Shown: one piece after another, positions 18,674 through 27,455 of the stretch | How positions within the stretch are numbered: position 1 is the first letter of the stretch | How the letters are laid out: every line of letters begins with the position of its first letter | Assembly (NCBI GenBank): GCA_964562425.1 | Contig: CAZLTJ010000001.1 | Span: 1 to 61,634 of the forward strand | Direction of reading: 5' to 3' | DNA length: 61,634 bases | Source of the DNA: an uncultured bacterium | Lineage (GTDB): Bacteria; UBP14; UBA6098; B30-G16 | The notes under the pieces: generated by a model | Told to the model about the DNA's origin: nothing | The model's database searches: none | The model's input: the letters and a program-made list of their open reading frames with translations, nothing else | Translations under genes and position numbers: made by a program

Positions 18674-19837
18674 ATGAATATAAAATGTCCAAAATGTGCT
18701 GTATCTATAGAAATCGATTTGGATAAATATCCACCCGGTCAAACTGTTGTGGTTTGTAAACACTGTAATGCAAAGTTTGCAATTAAAATTGATAAATCTA
18801 TCTACCACAATGCGAGAACAAAAAAGATATCCGATGTTATTTACGCCTTAGAATGTCCTTATTGCAAAAACAAGACCATTCATACTGCCAGATTACTTAA
18901 TAAATCTAAACTGTGGCAATGTCCAAAATGCAACAAGATATTTCATGTGGAAATCCCTGAAATTACACCAGATATCGGAGAAAAAATTCAATCCGAAATT
19001 AATAATGTATTCAACAACTCACAAAAAATAGAAACGGTATCAACATCGAGCCAAGAAGCAGAAGTTTTTAAAAAAACAACAGACCAACCCATTCAAGATA
19101 GTATTCAAGTTACACAAATCAAAGATGGTTTATCCCCCACTGACACTTCTGAGCAATCTCAACATATAAAACTGCTTGCTCCGTTAACTGAAGCTGAGAA
19201 ATACTCAGGCCATTTCCTTGTAAAAATGGGCAATAAGGTAAAAGGACCTATGTCATTTGCTAATGTTGAGAACTGGGCAAGAACTCATATAATGAAACCC
19301 GGAGCTTTGATTGCCATAGCACAAAAGGACCCAAAAAAGTTTTCTCCAGCAGAATTAATGCCTGAACTTAGACCGTTTTTTCATCCTGAAGAACAAAAAC
19401 CCACAAATATCCTTAAAGATTTGTTTAGTGAACCAACACCCGGCGAAAAAGTTCAAGCTGGACTAAGTTCGGGATTTCTGGGGGGAATTGTAACTGGTTT
19501 CATTCTTTCACCAATTATTTTATTTAAGCTTTGGACTCCTATTGCTATTTGGTCACCTTTTTTGCAGGTTGTAATTTTTATAGGTTTTATGGCTATTACT
19601 GGCATAGCACTCGGCGCAGTAAGTTCCATATTAGAAAGATGGATCCTAGAATACCCATGGAACGTAGTAATACAAGTTCTCATTACCCTAATATTTACTC
19701 TTATATTCTTTACAGTAAAAGCAATTCAATACGGAATAAAAAGTTCATTAATAACAAGTCTTTTAGTTTTTATTGTTATTCTGCTTACTGGATTACTTGT
19801 ATGCCAATTCCACAGAAGGTTTGAAGTTGTGGAATAA
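18674..19837 (+). CDS. Membrane protein with two N-terminal zinc ribbons, a GYF_2-like domain and a C-terminal multi-TM region
   Basis: CPKC-x22-CKHC and CPYC-x18-CPKC ribbons (MJ0042-type). Low-complexity linker. FLVKMGNKVKGPMSFANVENWARTHIMKPGALIA resembles GYF_2/DUF4339. The last ~130 aa have about 4 hydrophobic helices. Confidence 0.6.
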   Translation: MNIKCPKCAVSIEIDLDKYPPGQTVVVCKHCNAKFAIKIDKSIYHNARTKKISDVIYALECPYCKNKTIHTARLLNKSKLWQCPKCNKIFHVEIPEITPDIGEKIQSEINNVFNNSQKIETVSTSSQEAEVFKKTTDQPIQDSIQVTQIKDGLSPTDTSEQSQHIKLLAPLTEAEKYSGHFLVKMGNKVKGPMSFANVENWARTHIMKPGALIAIAQKDPKKFSPAELMPELRPFFHPEEQKPTNILKDLFSEPTPGEKVQAGLSSGFLGGIVTGFILSPIILFKLWTPIAIWSPFLQVVIFIGFMAITGIALGAVSSILERWILEYPWNVVIQVLITLIFTLIFFTVKAIQYGIKSSLITSLLVFIVILLTGLLVCQFHRRFEVVE

Positions 19838-19959
19838 CAGACTGCATAGTTCCAGTTAGATAAGCTCATTTCTCAAATTCTTAAAAACTCGATTAAAATG
19901 ATAATTTTGATATTATTCCTCTTGCAGGTTTAATTTCCTTTCTAAATATTTTAGACATC

Positions 19960-20763
19960 ATGCTGAATGCATTAGGACAATTCATAGAAAGCAATTCATT
20001 CTTGCATAAACTTGATCCTCGAACGAAACTGTTTATGCTGCTAACTTTTGCAGTAATTGTTCTTATAGATTCTGCATTATGGAACCATTCAATTTCTTTT
20101 ATGCTTCTTATCCTTGCTACTGCAGTTTCGAAAATCAAGGCAAAGAAAATTATCGGTATCCTTTGGGGTTTCAGGATATTCGTTATGATAACATTCTTAA
20201 TTCATTTAATATTCACACCCTCACCAGATGCAATTTCTTGGGGAATTTTTCATGTAGGTCCCCTTGGAGTATTTAACGGCTTACTGTTTAGCCTACGAAT
20301 GTTGATGCTTTTGTGGGCAGCATCCCTATTTGGACATGTTACATCACCGATTGAACTTGCAGATTCCCTAGAGAAAATGTTGGGATTTGTAAAATTTTTC
20401 AGACTTCATCCCAGAGACATTTCTATGATTGTGATTCTTGCAATGCGGTATGTCCCTACTGTTATCGATGATACCAAAAGAATACGCTGGGCTCAGATAG
20501 CCAGAGGAGGTAACATTTCCAAAGGTTTACTTAAAAAAATAAAAGGCATAATTCCGATGGTGATACCATTGTTTGCGACATCTTTTCGGCGAGCTGATAA
20601 ACTCGCACTCGCATTGACACTAAGGGGTTATAATCCCACTCTTCCAAGAACAAAGCTCAAACCTATAGTGTATACTCCAAAAGATTATTGTGTTTCAATT
20701 TTAACATTATTATCATTAATTTCAGCAATTGTTTATAGATATAATTTACTTGAATTAATATAA
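19960..20763 (+). CDS. ecfT: ECF transporter transmembrane (T) component, EcfT/CbiQ family
   Basis: HKLDPRTKL start motif, multiple TM helices and a conserved ARG-containing coupling helix region (AMRYVP...RIRWAQIARG). Confidence 0.85.
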   Translation: MLNALGQFIESNSFLHKLDPRTKLFMLLTFAVIVLIDSALWNHSISFMLLILATAVSKIKAKKIIGILWGFRIFVMITFLIHLIFTPSPDAISWGIFHVGPLGVFNGLLFSLRMLMLLWAASLFGHVTSPIELADSLEKMLGFVKFFRLHPRDISMIVILAMRYVPTVIDDTKRIRWAQIARGGNISKGLLKKIKGIIPMVIPLFATSFRRADKLALALTLRGYNPTLPRTKLKPIVYTPKDYCVSILTLLSLISAIVYRYNLLELI

Positions 20764-20919
20764 TTCTAACAATCAGATTTTATGAAAATTTACCTATCGA
20801 GTATACTAAGATTGAATATTTCTCTATCTTAATAGGGAGAAGCATTTGCACTATATTCATATGTTTGAATTAGCAAACAGACTGCCATCCAGAACTCTTT
20901 CTTTTTCAAAGTTTGAAAT

Positions 20920-20940
20920 GAAACATTACAGTTATGTTTC
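20920..20940 (-). terminator. Weak candidate intrinsic terminator after the 476-aa T9SS-cargo gene
   Basis: 7-bp stem GAAACAT/ATGTTTC with a 7-nt loop, followed on the minus strand by ATTTCAAACTTT. AT-rich, low stability. Confidence 0.3.
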
Positions 20941-20991
20941 TATCTAAATCGAAGATTTAAATTACTGAATTTAGAGCAATTATCATCTGTT

Positions 20992-22422
20992 CTATTTCAA
21001 ATACACAATTCGCTTTGTTAACTTCCGTCCTGTTTTTGTAGTTGTCCGAATGAGATATATACCACTACTAATAAATGGTTCTGGTTGCCATAACTCTTCA
21101 GTAGATTTCATTTTTATAGTTCTTATAAGTTTCCCTGAAATGTCAAATATCTCTAATGTAGAACCAGCAGGTGCGGAGATTTTACATGATGAATTGAATG
21201 GATTTGGGATAATTGAGATAGAAAAAAGCGATGGATTACTTTGGATCTCCTCTATTTCACCACAAAAGCAGGTTTTTACAGATCCCCAAAAATTCCCAAA
21301 TATATCGATCCACATTATCCAGAAATGATTGTTCAAGAAATGATCGTCACTTTCCCGCAAAAAACAAGCTGTGTGAATTTCAACAGGATTAACTCCGACT
21401 GCAATGGTTTCAGGAACTTCATCTATGTGATATCCTCTGATTAAACCATGCTCGGTTAAAATGTTTCCATATTCATCATAAAAAGTAACAAGATTAATAG
21501 GATAATAATCAAGAACATCTTCATACTTTCCTGTATGCCACACCCCTTCAGTTTCTCGAGGTGCAAATTTCTTCGAATGGTCATCGTCATGTATATTTAT
21601 AAAACGTCCACAGGATGCATGATCGAGCAAAGATTTCCCAAAAATATGATAGGGGAACTCCATTGTGCTACAATACAAAACCATATCTTGTGAAACAAAA
21701 GGATCAGCCAAATTCCCGAGGAGAAAGTCACTTTCATGGGAGACTAAATCGATTTCTTTTATAAAAACAGTAGGTAAAGGATACTCAAAAGTGCGACCTA
21801 TTACAAAAATTCTCCGACGAATAAAATCTTCTGTTAATATGATTACATCGAAAGCATCAGTAGGAAGATCTACTTCAACACAAGAATTTACAACAAAAGA
21901 GTCTCGCTCGATATTATAATCATATCTATATATCGAGTCATTAGACAACCAGAAAAGATGGGCATTATTAGTTTGAAAAAAGTCTGAATTATATGCATCA
22001 TCAATTGTCTGGGTTAACCATACATAATCATCAGAATATGTACCATATAGAGGAAATGAATAAATAAGAACTTTAGCAGTATCACCCTTTCGATAAGCAA
22101 CGACACATGATGAAGAGTGAATTAAATCAATACTATGAGACAAACCCCAAATTGAATCCCCAGTATCCACAATAATCAAAGAATCTACAGCCGAATCACC
22201 AAACATTGCTAAATAAAGCCCATTAATTCCGTTCACAGTTCCTATAAAAGGGAATCCACCTGTAAGTTTCGGGGATGTTACTGCATGTTTGACAAAAACT
22301 GAGTCACCAAGCAGTATTTTTGGGCTTGACCAAGCTGATAGTGAATTCACACAGGTTAGAAATATCACAAAGATTACAAAAGCACAAAACCACACAACAT
22401 AAACTCCTGACAATTTATTCAT
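20992..22422 (-). CDS. Secreted hypothetical protein with T9SS type-A C-terminal sorting domain
   Basis: N-terminal signal/anchor. The last ~75 aa read PNPFNSSCKISAP...FDISGKLIRT...SGIYLIRTTTKTGRKLTKRIVYLK, the TIGR04183-type CTD pattern. AAGGAGG SD. Confidence 0.75.
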   Translation of the reverse strand: MNKLSGVYVVWFCAFVIFVIFLTCVNSLSAWSSPKILLGDSVFVKHAVTSPKLTGGFPFIGTVNGINGLYLAMFGDSAVDSLIIVDTGDSIWGLSHSIDLIHSSSCVVAYRKGDTAKVLIYSFPLYGTYSDDYVWLTQTIDDAYNSDFFQTNNAHLFWLSNDSIYRYDYNIERDSFVVNSCVEVDLPTDAFDVIILTEDFIRRRIFVIGRTFEYPLPTVFIKEIDLVSHESDFLLGNLADPFVSQDMVLYCSTMEFPYHIFGKSLLDHASCGRFINIHDDDHSKKFAPRETEGVWHTGKYEDVLDYYPINLVTFYDEYGNILTEHGLIRGYHIDEVPETIAVGVNPVEIHTACFLRESDDHFLNNHFWIMWIDIFGNFWGSVKTCFCGEIEEIQSNPSLFSISIIPNPFNSSCKISAPAGSTLEIFDISGKLIRTIKMKSTEELWQPEPFISSGIYLIRTTTKTGRKLTKRIVYLK

Positions 22423-22507
22423 AATAAGCCTCCTTTATTTCAAATTAGGTTTTCTCTTAATAACAAAATTTTATTCATACATAATCTGTGATAAGTAGTT
22501 CAATAAT

Positions 22508-22536
22508 TAAATATTATCTATCTTAAAATATGTCAA
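22508..22536 (-). promoter_or_regulatory. Putative sigma70-type promoter (-35 TTGACA, 17-nt spacer, -10 TATTTA)
   Basis: Minus strand reads GTCTTGACA-TATTTTAAGATAGATAA-TATTTA, about 85 nt upstream of the ATG at 22422. Confidence 0.35.
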
Positions 22537-22576
22537 GACTATTCTCTCCATTGAAACATAATTAATCTTTTCGAAT

Positions 22577-24313
22577 TTATGTGCGTAAGAAAATTCTTTC
22601 AAGTTCGTGTCTGGTAAATTTTACAAGTGAAGGTCGACCGTGAGGACAGTGATACGGGTCATCTGTCGTGAAAAGCTGATCAAAAAGTGCTTCTATCTCT
22701 TCCTGCGACAGTTTTTGACCTGCCCTAATTGATGAATGACAGGCAATACTTGCTGCAAATCTTTTTATAATATCCGGTGGTTCCTCTGTGACGTATTCTG
22801 ACATATCCTCAAGTATTCCCCTGATAATTTCAGAGTAATCTGTGGATCTTAGGAATGGTGGTATAGATTTAATTAGAACTTTATTGGGTGGCTGGATTTC
22901 TATTTCAAAACCAATCGACGATAAAAGCTCCAAACGATCCTCAAGAAACGATATCCAACTTAGAGAAATCTCAAATTCTTCAGGGAATAAAAGCCTTTGT
23001 CCTAGAATATCTCCCCCATCAAATGCAGACAATATTCTCTCATAAAGAATCCGTTCATGAGCAGCATGTTGGTCAATTATATACATACCATCGTTAGCGG
23101 GTACAACAATATAAGTCTCTGAAATCTGTAAATAGCTTTGCTGCGAATCTGTTCTAACCTTGTCAATATCACCCAGTGATGAAATTGCTTCGAGTATTTC
23201 CTGCTCAAACTGCTGTGGCTTTAGAGAGGTTGTTTTTGGTGTGGTTCCCATAACAAAATCAAATTTTTGCTGTGTATTCTCAAAAGGAGTTAAAACCAAA
23301 GGTCTCGGTTGAACTGCAGGAGATGCTTTATTTCCAACAGCTAAAATTATGTTTTTATATACAACTCTAAAAATTACCTCTTCTCTCCGGAATCTAACCT
23401 CAAGTTTGGAAGGATGAACATTTATGTCGACAAGTTCCGGTTGGGCTTCAATGAAAAGATACAGTATAGAGTGTCTTCTCGAAGGCAAAAAATCTGCATA
23501 TGCTTTTTTAATGGCGGCACTTATTAATCTGCTTCTGATAGGTCTGTTATTTAAATAAATATATTGCTCCTTTGAATTCGTTCTATTAAGCGTTCTATCC
23601 CCAGCAAACCCAAAAATCATATAATCGTCATCCTGACTATCGAATGGCAATAGTTTTTCAATTATCTCATGTCCGAAAATCTGCTCAATCCTTTGAATAT
23701 AATCCTCTGCTGCATTTAAAAAAAACATCTCATTCCCGTTATGCTCCAATCGGAAAGTAATATGAGGATTAGCAATAGCAATTTTTGTAAGCCAATCGAG
23801 ACAGGCATTAAGTTCCGATCGATCTGATTTGAGAAACTTTCTTCGGACTGGAATTTTGCTGAAAAGTTCTTTAACAACAAGAGTTGTGCCTAATTGTGCC
23901 CCAACCTCACCTTGTTCAATCAGTTCGCCGTGATCGATAATAATTCTGAATCCGAGCTCGTTCTTTTTTGGACGAGAAACGATTTCGAAAAACGAAACCG
24001 AGGCTATCGATGGCAACGCTTCGCCTCGAAAACCGAGTGTATTGATCGTATTAAGATCCTCAAAATCCTTAATTTTGCTTGTAGCATGTCGTTCTATTGC
24101 AAGAACCACATCTTCAGGTTCCATCCCATCGCCATTATCAACAACCTGAACAAGCTTTTTTCCACCCTCTTCAATTGTAATCTCAATAAATGATGCATTA
24201 GCATCGATTGAATTCTCAACTGCTTCCTTAACCACAGAAGCCGGACGTTCCACAACTTCACCAGCAGCTATTCTGTTTGCAACTTCGTCCGGTAGTTTTA
24301 TTATTTTTGTCAT
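22577..24313 (-). CDS. mutL: DNA mismatch repair protein MutL (endonuclease type)
   Basis: GHKL ATPase N-terminus (IAAGEVVERPASVVKEAVENSIDA, DNGDGM). C-terminal endonuclease motifs DQHAAHERILYE, ACHSSIRAG and CPHGRP. Confidence 0.97.
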   Translation of the reverse strand: MTKIIKLPDEVANRIAAGEVVERPASVVKEAVENSIDANASFIEITIEEGGKKLVQVVDNGDGMEPEDVVLAIERHATSKIKDFEDLNTINTLGFRGEALPSIASVSFFEIVSRPKKNELGFRIIIDHGELIEQGEVGAQLGTTLVVKELFSKIPVRRKFLKSDRSELNACLDWLTKIAIANPHITFRLEHNGNEMFFLNAAEDYIQRIEQIFGHEIIEKLLPFDSQDDDYMIFGFAGDRTLNRTNSKEQYIYLNNRPIRSRLISAAIKKAYADFLPSRRHSILYLFIEAQPELVDINVHPSKLEVRFRREEVIFRVVYKNIILAVGNKASPAVQPRPLVLTPFENTQQKFDFVMGTTPKTTSLKPQQFEQEILEAISSLGDIDKVRTDSQQSYLQISETYIVVPANDGMYIIDQHAAHERILYERILSAFDGGDILGQRLLFPEEFEISLSWISFLEDRLELLSSIGFEIEIQPPNKVLIKSIPPFLRSTDYSEIIRGILEDMSEYVTEEPPDIIKRFAASIACHSSIRAGQKLSQEEIEALFDQLFTTDDPYHCPHGRPSLVKFTRHELERIFLRT

Positions 24314-24324
24314 ATTTATTGTCT

Positions 24325-26730
24325 CTAATCTGAGTTTATAAGCAGAAATTTTCTTGCTTTTTCTGCTAATATGTCATCGTTTGAATTTTCAATAACAGTT
24401 TTCAACAAGCGATTAGCATCTGATTTCAATGAGTCAAATGCAGCATAAGCTTGTGCCATTCTGAACAAAAAAGACAGTGTAAGGTTTTTACAATCAAGCT
24501 TTTCAATTTCTCTCATCATAATACATGCGTTACTTATATACCCATTATCGAGAGACTCATTGCAACCATAAGTTAGTATTTTACAAGCGAAATCCGAATT
24601 TTTTATTGACATATTAAGTGTTATACTTGCAGCAGAATCCCCTAAACCCATACTCCACAGATTATTAACTAGACACTCTGTGAAATCTATGAATAAGGGA
24701 TTTTCAGGATTTATTTTACTTAATCGCTTATTTAAAAGCGTAACAGATTTATTATAATCCTCTATCTTACTGTAGCTCATAGCCATTTCAAGAATTGCAG
24801 AATCCGCAATTGTGGTTCCAACGTATTTGTCCTTAATTTGTGACAAAACAGCTATGCTCTTTTCAATATTCCCATCAATTTCTCTATGCCATCTGCCAAA
24901 AGCCAACATTGCGGTTGGCACCCACGGATAATCCATAACTTCAACCAATTCATCGAAAATATCTAACGCACTAAGTGTATCATTCTTTTTTAAATTAATT
25001 GTAATTAAGCAAAGCAAGGCTTTAGCCCATAATGAATCGCTGTTTGTAGATAAAAAACGAGCTTTTGTATAAAGATATATTGCATCCTGCTCTCTTCCAA
25101 TTCCTTCAAACTGTTGACCAATTTCCAGTGCTAAAAGTCTCGCTGTTTGTCTTTCTGGACGCATGTTAAGGAAACCATCAAAAATTTCAATTCGGTCATC
25201 ATACACACCCATTGCATATTTTGCTTTCTCAGCATATAATACAATAGAATCCGAAGCATCATTTTGAAAACTCTCTGCAATTCTCAATGGAACATCAAGA
25301 ATTTCTTCATACATTGCATCATCATAAAGCTTCTGTGAAAGAATTAATCCCAACCTAACAGTAGATGATGATCTTGGATATTTTAGCGCATATTGCTGTG
25401 CTGTAGCAATAGCTCTATCAATTTCTCTGAGAAATATTTGCGAAAGGAACATCCTATAAAGTGCTCGAGAACAATTAAATTGGCAATCCTTAAAGTATTC
25501 TTCGAATAGTCTTTCTGCGGTTCCGTAATCTCTTTGAAGAAAATAAGAGTTAGCAATAGCATATTTCACATGATCACGGAAAAAAGGCTTTTCAGCAAGC
25601 ATTCTAAGTACCGATCTTGCTTCTTCAAATTTTCTAATCCTTATTAATGACCATCCCTTACCCCATATTGCATAATCAATAAACACAGTATCATCGATCA
25701 TCTCATATAACTTAAGAGCCTTAGTGTAATCTTGAACATTATAGGCAGCTTCGGCAGAAAATATTATTGCTTCTTGAAATACATCATCACTGGCTTCAGA
25801 GGCGCTCTCAAACAATTTTAAGGCATTTGAGAACTTACGTCTATCCATAGCTCTCCATCCTCTTTGTATAAGAAGATCAGTCTGAATTCCACGAGGAATA
25901 GATTCGCTTTCTACTACCGACAATGAATCTGCATATTCATCGATAATTTTAGATATTCTCGTGAAATACGGACTGTCAGAGGATATTGCGGATGATACTA
26001 ATCGAGCGGAATCGAGTTCACCAAGCTTTACAAGACATATCGTTCTGAAAAAGTATGCCTCATCTCTCCACCATTGCAAATCTTCATTGTCTTCTGAATA
26101 AAGAGCTTCAGCAAAAAAGGAATCGGATATTCCAAATTCACTTTCTATAAATTTAATATATCCCAATCGGAAAAGAAGTTCGTTGAAAATAGGTATTTCG
26201 GGATAGGTTTGAAGCATACACATGAAAACAGAATATGCCGAATCATAAAATCCATGACGGAAAAAAAGGGTACCTCGCCAATAATCGGCGATAGAACTTA
26301 TGACGGGTATTTTATTCCGAGTCAAATCACGCAAAATGACTATAGAAGTATCAAATTTTTTATCCGATACACAAAGAGCAAAAAGCAATCTACCCCATGG
26401 GGTTTCCACAGGGAAATCTCCGCAATTTGAAGATTCTGCAAGTGCAGAAAGTATTGCGGACCAATTTTTAGGCTCCAAATCTCTCCATTGGAAAAGCATA
26501 TAGTAAATATCTAGAGCCTGCTCAATTTCTCCATGCTGTTTTAATAATTCGGCTTGTAAAAGAAAATCGACACCGGAAAAAGAAGGTTCTTCCCAAAATT
26601 TCGATTCATAATGTGATGTACAAAACGCTTGCCCGACAATAAACAGCTCAATTAAAATGAGAAACACCAATGGAAAATGAATACTGATTGTTTTTCCAAA
26701 AAACTGGTAAGATTTCAATGTCGAGCACAT
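24325..26730 (-). CDS. Large TPR-repeat protein with N-terminal signal/anchor
   Basis: 801 aa. Hydrophobic N-terminus IHFPLVFLILIELFIVGQAFC. Many TPR-like A/Y/L helical repeats throughout. ATG 26730 has an AAGGA SD, so the 83-nt overlap with the upstream OMP gene appears genuine. Confidence 0.75.
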   Translation of the reverse strand: MCSTLKSYQFFGKTISIHFPLVFLILIELFIVGQAFCTSHYESKFWEEPSFSGVDFLLQAELLKQHGEIEQALDIYYMLFQWRDLEPKNWSAILSALAESSNCGDFPVETPWGRLLFALCVSDKKFDTSIVILRDLTRNKIPVISSIADYWRGTLFFRHGFYDSAYSVFMCMLQTYPEIPIFNELLFRLGYIKFIESEFGISDSFFAEALYSEDNEDLQWWRDEAYFFRTICLVKLGELDSARLVSSAISSDSPYFTRISKIIDEYADSLSVVESESIPRGIQTDLLIQRGWRAMDRRKFSNALKLFESASEASDDVFQEAIIFSAEAAYNVQDYTKALKLYEMIDDTVFIDYAIWGKGWSLIRIRKFEEARSVLRMLAEKPFFRDHVKYAIANSYFLQRDYGTAERLFEEYFKDCQFNCSRALYRMFLSQIFLREIDRAIATAQQYALKYPRSSSTVRLGLILSQKLYDDAMYEEILDVPLRIAESFQNDASDSIVLYAEKAKYAMGVYDDRIEIFDGFLNMRPERQTARLLALEIGQQFEGIGREQDAIYLYTKARFLSTNSDSLWAKALLCLITINLKKNDTLSALDIFDELVEVMDYPWVPTAMLAFGRWHREIDGNIEKSIAVLSQIKDKYVGTTIADSAILEMAMSYSKIEDYNKSVTLLNKRLSKINPENPLFIDFTECLVNNLWSMGLGDSAASITLNMSIKNSDFACKILTYGCNESLDNGYISNACIMMREIEKLDCKNLTLSFLFRMAQAYAAFDSLKSDANRLLKTVIENSNDDILAEKARKFLLINSD

Positions 26731-27382
26731 AATTATCCTTTATATCCCAGTTAAAACCAATAACTGGTCTTACAATTGTAGAACTTCTAATACTACTCTT
26801 GTATCCTGTCAGAGATAGTCCAACTTTAGCATGCCAGGTTCCAGTGGCATTAATGAAAATAGCTCTTACACCAATATATGGTATTATGTTTCTATATTTC
26901 AAGGCTAAAATAGCATCGGTTGAAAACTCTCTCCAACTATAAAACACATTATATTTTTGACTAAATAGTTCTACATCACCCCATGATCTAACCAAAATGC
27001 ATTTCCCATCAAGCAAAGTTTTAATTCTACTTCTCCCCCAAGTTCCAATTTCCCACTCCAGTCTAGCATTAGCACCAGCCAAAAGCTCCCATGAGCCATT
27101 ATATTGGGATTCACCCGGGTAAGTAACATTTAAATCGGCACCACCGAATACAATAGCCAATTCCAAATGCTTAAACCAGCTGTGAGCTAATCTTAGTGCT
27201 AGCCTTTGCGACCAAAAATTGATATTCCCTGCACTACCTTCAAAAGGAAATACATCATATGAGTATTCCGACGACATTAGCAACATTCTATCGGGGGTTA
27301 TGTATGCTGGATTGGCAGACGACAAACCACCGGCAGCTGAGAACATGATAAACAATATTGATAACATGGTCAGAAATCTCAT
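26648..27382 (-). CDS. Small outer-membrane beta-barrel protein (hypothetical)
   Basis: Signal peptide MRFLTMLSILFIMFSAAGGLSSA. About 220-aa mature part with alternating hydrophobic/aromatic strands (LALRLAHSW, LELAIVFGG, WELLAGANARLEWEIG, YIGVRAIFINA, VLDIEILPVFW, SFSIGVSHFN). GGGAGGA SD, 73 nt after the giant gene stop. Confidence 0.55.
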   Translation of the reverse strand: MRFLTMLSILFIMFSAAGGLSSANPAYITPDRMLLMSSEYSYDVFPFEGSAGNINFWSQRLALRLAHSWFKHLELAIVFGGADLNVTYPGESQYNGSWELLAGANARLEWEIGTWGRSRIKTLLDGKCILVRSWGDVELFSQKYNVFYSWREFSTDAILALKYRNIIPYIGVRAIFINATGTWHAKVGLSLTGYKSSIRSSTIVRPVIGFNWDIKDNYVLDIEILPVFWKNNQYSFSIGVSHFN

Positions 27383-27455
27383 TGTATCCTCCCGGTATTA
27401 AACAAATTATCCAAATTCACATATAAACAATTAATATATACAAATACTCACTAAT

